A DNA stretch of 63,881 bases, the filler included. It is 7 parts of 7 records of this genome, joined end to end, with 100 filler letters (N's around TTAATTAATTAA, not from the genome) between each part and the next. Parts side by side here need not be neighbours in the genome. Positions count along the whole stretch, not along the records: positions 58,605 to 63,881 come from DRR723986_9094; 6 more parts are not named here. One strand, written 5' to 3'. Under the pieces are notes generated by a model. That model ran no database searches, had not been told where the DNA came from, and saw nothing but the letters and a program-made list of their open reading frames with translations. A program made the position numbers and the translations under genes. Positions 60,418-63,881 of the stretch are shown here, piece after piece (position 1 is the first letter of the stretch; every line of letters begins with the position of its first letter).

Positions 60418-60783
60418 ATGCGCCTCGCGGGACTGGCCATCGCAATTGTCTTGGGACTGTGCTCACACGCTACAGCGGAAGAGTTTCAACCGATCCGCGA
60501 ACGGGAGGCCTTCGTCGGGCTGGTCGAGGGCCGGGAATTACGCCTTGGCATGTTCGGCGTTCGCCTGAATGTGTCCAGCGACGGGCGGATCGAAGGCGAA
60601 GCCATCGACTGGCCCTTGATCGGCCAATGGGAATGGCGCGATGGCTATTTCTGCCGTGAAATGGACTGGTCGGGACGGGTTATTCCGTTCAATTGCCAGT
60701 TGGTCGAGCTGCGCGACGTCAGCGAGTTGCGCTTCACCGTCGATCGCGGGCAGGGCCGAAGCGCCACGTTCCGGTTGCAGTAA
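60418..60783 (+). CDS. Small exported beta-rich hypothetical protein
   Basis: GGGAG RBS, signal peptide, GQWEWRDGYFCR..NCQLV Cys pair. Confidence 0.78.
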   Translation: MRLAGLAIAIVLGLCSHATAEEFQPIREREAFVGLVEGRELRLGMFGVRLNVSSDGRIEGEAIDWPLIGQWEWRDGYFCREMDWSGRVIPFNCQLVELRDVSELRFTVDRGQGRSATFRLQ

Positions 60784-60938
60784 CCCGCAAGAACCGGTCG
60801 CGCTTGGGTTCTGCTTGACAGTCCCCACCCAAAAAGACTTTTCATTGTCTGAAAGTTACCGATTTGCGCAGCGCCCATGGCGTGACCGGGGTGGCCCTGC
60901 TTTGGGTCCGGTCCCATGCGCCAGACAGGACAGACCAG

Positions 60939-62198
60939 ATGATACAGAATAGCCCCGCCCTGCTCGACGCCATTCGTGGGCGTTTTGCCCATGTGGACAG
61001 CTGCCCCTTTCAGGGCGCACGTATCTTTTTCGAGAATGCGGGCGGCGCGCTGACGCTGAACTCCGTGGTAGAGACATCGGCCAAATTCGCGGCAATGCCG
61101 GACAATCCGGGGCGCATCAATCCCGCCGGTCAGGCGATGCAGGCAATCATCGACAAGGCCAAGGCCGATCTGGCGGTGTTCATGAACGCGCCGGGCGGTC
61201 AGTTCTTTGCCGGTGAAAGCGGCACCGAACTGCTGTTTCGCCTGATCCGCACGGCCTGCGTGAATGCGCCGAAGGGGGCAAAGGTCATCGGGTCTTCGAT
61301 CGAACACCCCGCCAGCCGCAGCGCCGCGCGCCGGTGGGCCGAGATTGCCGGGCTCGACTATGTGAACGTGCCCCATGACGATGCCACGGGGCGTGTCACG
61401 CCCGAGGACTACACCGCCCTGATGACGCCCGATGTTGCGGTGGCGACGATCCTCCATGGCTCTCCCGTCACGGGGATGGCGATGGATGTGGCCGGCATCG
61501 CGGCGGCGATCCGCGCGGTTGCGCCCGATTGCATGATCATCGTCGATGGCATCCAGCACGCCGCCCATGGGCAGCTCGACCTGACTGCCTACAACGTGGA
61601 TGGCTACGCGATTTCGCCCTACAAGGTGTTTTCGCGTCACGGATACGGCATCGCCTGGATCTCGGACCGGCTGACCGCCCTGCCCCATGACATGCTGATC
61701 GACGCCCCCGCCAGCGGGTGGGAGTTCGGCACCCGTGACGCAGGCAGCTTTGCCACCATGTCCAACGTCATCGACTATTTCGACTGGTTGGGCAGCGAGG
61801 TGTCGGACAGCACCGACCGGCGCGAGCGGATCGAGGCGGCAGGCCGCGCCATCCATGACTACGAAACCCACCTGACCAACGCGATGATCAACGGCACCGG
61901 CAACCTGCCCGGTCTGCGCGACATGGATCATGTCACCATTCTGGCCGGGGCCGACAACCCGGCGCGTGAAGGGCTGGTGTCGATCGTCGTCGCGGGCCAT
62001 GCGTCCGAAGACGTGGTCGAGACGCTCAATCAGCAAGGCATCCGCACCCATACCCGCAAGGCCGATCACTACAGTGGCAATGTGCTGACCCCCTTGGGTC
62101 TGACCGATTGCATCCGGGTGTCGCTGTGCCATTACAACACCGAATCCGAGGTCGCCCAGATTCTGGCCGCGTTGCGGGAAATGGGGCCGGAGGCGTAG
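60939..62198 (+). CDS. Class V PLP enzyme (cysteine-desulfurase-like) lacking the catalytic Cys
   Basis: FFENAGG, IEHPA, VDGIQH, SPYK; RKADHYS where SufS has RxGHHCA. Confidence 0.85.
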   Translation: MIQNSPALLDAIRGRFAHVDSCPFQGARIFFENAGGALTLNSVVETSAKFAAMPDNPGRINPAGQAMQAIIDKAKADLAVFMNAPGGQFFAGESGTELLFRLIRTACVNAPKGAKVIGSSIEHPASRSAARRWAEIAGLDYVNVPHDDATGRVTPEDYTALMTPDVAVATILHGSPVTGMAMDVAGIAAAIRAVAPDCMIIVDGIQHAAHGQLDLTAYNVDGYAISPYKVFSRHGYGIAWISDRLTALPHDMLIDAPASGWEFGTRDAGSFATMSNVIDYFDWLGSEVSDSTDRRERIEAAGRAIHDYETHLTNAMINGTGNLPGLRDMDHVTILAGADNPAREGLVSIVVAGHASEDVVETLNQQGIRTHTRKADHYSGNVLTPLGLTDCIRVSLCHYNTESEVAQILAALREMGPEA

Positions 62199-62201
62199 GT
62201 C

Positions 62202-62870
62202 TCAGACCCTCAGCAGGCTGTCCACCAACCCGGTCAGCACCGTGTAATCGTCAAATCCCGCATGATGGGGCAGCGTGTTCACGGGCGCCTTGCGATAGCC
62301 TTCGGTGAACAGCAGAAACGGCACGCCGAGCCGTTCTGCGGTCTCGGCATCCACCTCGCTGTCGCCTACATAGATCATCGGCCCATCCCGAAGCGCTTCA
62401 AACGCGGCCTCCAACGGGGCGGGGTCGGGTTTCTTGACGATCAGGCTATCGCCGCCGATAACGGTTTCGAAGAACCCGTCCAGCCCCAGATGGGCCAGCA
62501 CCGCACGCGCGGGGCCAATCGGCTTGTTGGTGCAGATCCCCAAACGGTGTCCCGCCGCCTGCAATCCGGTCAGCGCCCCGGTGACGCCCGGATAGGGATG
62601 GGTGCGCCCCACGGCCCTGTCATAGCGCTCGATGAAGGCCGCATGCATCCGCTCCTGTGCGGCATCCGGCACGCCACGCGCGCCGCGCATCCGCGCCACG
62701 AAGACGACAGCCCCGTTGCCGACAAACCGACGGGTGTCCTGCAAGGTGATCGGGTCATGGCCCTCCAGTGCCAGCACCTCGTTGGCGATGGCATGGATAT
62801 CGGGGGCGCTGTCGATCAGCGTTCCATCAAGGTCGAAAACGATGCGGGCAGAAACAGGGGGCTTGGTCAT
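62202..62870 (-). CDS. gph: Phosphoglycolate phosphatase (HAD)
   Basis: FDLDGTLIDSAPD, CTNKP, KPDPAP, VGDSEVD. Confidence 0.9.
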   Translation of the reverse strand: MTKPPVSARIVFDLDGTLIDSAPDIHAIANEVLALEGHDPITLQDTRRFVGNGAVVFVARMRGARGVPDAAQERMHAAFIERYDRAVGRTHPYPGVTGALTGLQAAGHRLGICTNKPIGPARAVLAHLGLDGFFETVIGGDSLIVKKPDPAPLEAAFEALRDGPMIYVGDSEVDAETAERLGVPFLLFTEGYRKAPVNTLPHHAGFDDYTVLTGLVDSLLRV

Positions 62871-62913
62871 ACCCCCCGCATCTCAGACGCCGCGGCGCAG
62901 GTCAATGGGGGCG

Positions 62914-63819
62914 TCAGACGTCCTGCACAAAGCGATAGGCCCCGTCCATCCGCTCGGCCCGGCCAATGCCGCCGCCCGGCAGATGGAACCCCACGACCGT
63001 CATGTCATCGGCCACGATCCGATCCAGCAGCGCCAGCCGGGTTTCCGCCGCCAGGGGCTGATCCTGATCCGAGCCAGACAGCAGCCCCGGCGCTTCGAAC
63101 CCGACATGATGATTGCCGATGGCATCACCAAGGATCATCGCATTGCCCACGGCAAAGGACATGTGCCCCGGCGTATGGCCCGGCGTCAGCACGGCGGTGA
63201 CACCGGGCAGAACCTCGTCGCCCTCCGCGAAGCGTTCCACCATATCCCCAAGCATCTCCAGCCGTCGCGCCGCGCCAATGGCAAAGGCCTGACGCGCCGT
63301 GCCGATCGTGTTGACCGTCTCCGCATCGCGCCAATAGTCCTGCTCGCCCGCGCCCATGTAGTGACGCGCGTTGTAGAACATCGCCTCGTCGAAATCATCG
63401 AGCGCGCCCCACAGGTGGTCCGGATGGGCATGGGTAAAGACAACGTCAGTCACGTCGCCGGGATCAACCCCAAGCGCTGAGAGCGCATCCGGCAATTCCC
63501 CGACCGATGGCTGAAACGCCAGACCGGACCCTGCATCGAACAGCACCGTGCGGCCCTGTCCGCGCAGCAGCGTCACGTTGCAGGGCGGTGTCATCGGCTC
63601 GCCCGCAGCCAACCCGTGCCGCGCAAGGATCGGCGCCACCTCATCTGCGGGCATCGGCCCGAGGATGAAATCCGCCGGCAGCACCAGATTGCCATCGCTC
63701 AGCGTGTCGATCTGCCAGTCCCCCACCTGCACGGACGCATGCAGCCAACGCGGCATCACCGCCGCCGCTCCAAGCCCCGCCGTTCCTGCCATCAGCATCC
63801 GCCGCGTGATCCCGCTCAT
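62914..63819 (-). CDS. Tat-exported metallo-beta-lactamase-fold hydrolase
   Basis: ITRRMLM leader, THAHPDH, TPGHTPGH, GD, GFH. Confidence 0.92.
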   Translation of the reverse strand: MSGITRRMLMAGTAGLGAAAVMPRWLHASVQVGDWQIDTLSDGNLVLPADFILGPMPADEVAPILARHGLAAGEPMTPPCNVTLLRGQGRTVLFDAGSGLAFQPSVGELPDALSALGVDPGDVTDVVFTHAHPDHLWGALDDFDEAMFYNARHYMGAGEQDYWRDAETVNTIGTARQAFAIGAARRLEMLGDMVERFAEGDEVLPGVTAVLTPGHTPGHMSFAVGNAMILGDAIGNHHVGFEAPGLLSGSDQDQPLAAETRLALLDRIVADDMTVVGFHLPGGGIGRAERMDGAYRFVQDV

Positions 63820-63881
63820 TGGCCGTTCTCCTGTTCCATCAGGGCCGCAACCCTTTCATCTTGGCAAAAATACCTCAGGGG

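Noticed and set aside
60870-60925. SAM/SAH riboswitch suggested by GGCGTGACC
   Set aside because: The 5' CACAACGGCTTCC half is absent.
60645-62132. Long antisense ORFs (this 495-aa one, also 21755-22846, 23993-24934, 56678-57841)
   Set aside because: Shadow frames of GC-rich genes with clear motifs on the opposite strand.
60939-62198. nifS / nitrogen fixation
   Set aside because: Catalytic Cys missing and no nif, suf or isc context.

Overview
This window is not one locus. It is seven unrelated contigs joined by 100-nt artificial linkers (N44-TTAATTAATTAA-N44), so gene context holds only within a contig. (1) 1-17221, gammaproteobacterium-like: gcvP, a ~900-aa Cys-rich lipoprotein beside a TSP3-repeat OmpA, a frameshifted BCCT transporter plus porin, a cysC-sat operon divergent from a YeiE/FinR-type LysR and next to a DUF1214-like/sulfotransferase pair, then trmH, a hotdog thioesterase and an acyl-CoA dehydrogenase. 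(2) 17322-25997, Rhodobacteraceae-like: class A PBP, OafA-type acyltransferase, mlaC/mlaA, T1SS ABC and membrane-fusion protein. (3) 26098-33145, Rhodobacteraceae-like: pip, ubiG, an AT-rich interrupted foreign gene behind a palindromic element, marR, nitrilase, grxC, comF, methyltransferase, hemH. (4) 33246-45759, FCB-group organism: DMT, EI24-like, mnmA, an ~800-bp structured non-coding stretch, three tandem 180-aa phage tail-collar paralogs and a 2049-aa adhesin-like protein with a T9SS sorting domain. (5) 45860-52272: CtrA box with an M23 peptidase-bactofilin pair, orphan fliG and others. (6) 52373-58504: zapE, IclR, a Mur/Fur-boxed Mn-type ABC operon, and a Cys-rich protein under a cobalamin riboswitch. 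(7) 58605-63881: E1beta-E2-acyl carrier protein, a sigmaE-type promoter gene, a Cys-less desulfurase-like enzyme, gph and an MBL hydrolase. Best candidates for an under-described system: the phage-free tail-collar trio plus T9SS adhesin (contig 4), the sulfur-oxidizer-type Sat apparently supplying PAPS to a sulfotransferase (contig 1), and the 2-oxoacid dehydrogenase module ending in an ACP rather than E3 (contig 7). Family and taxon calls come from motifs and recalled family features; no searches were run.
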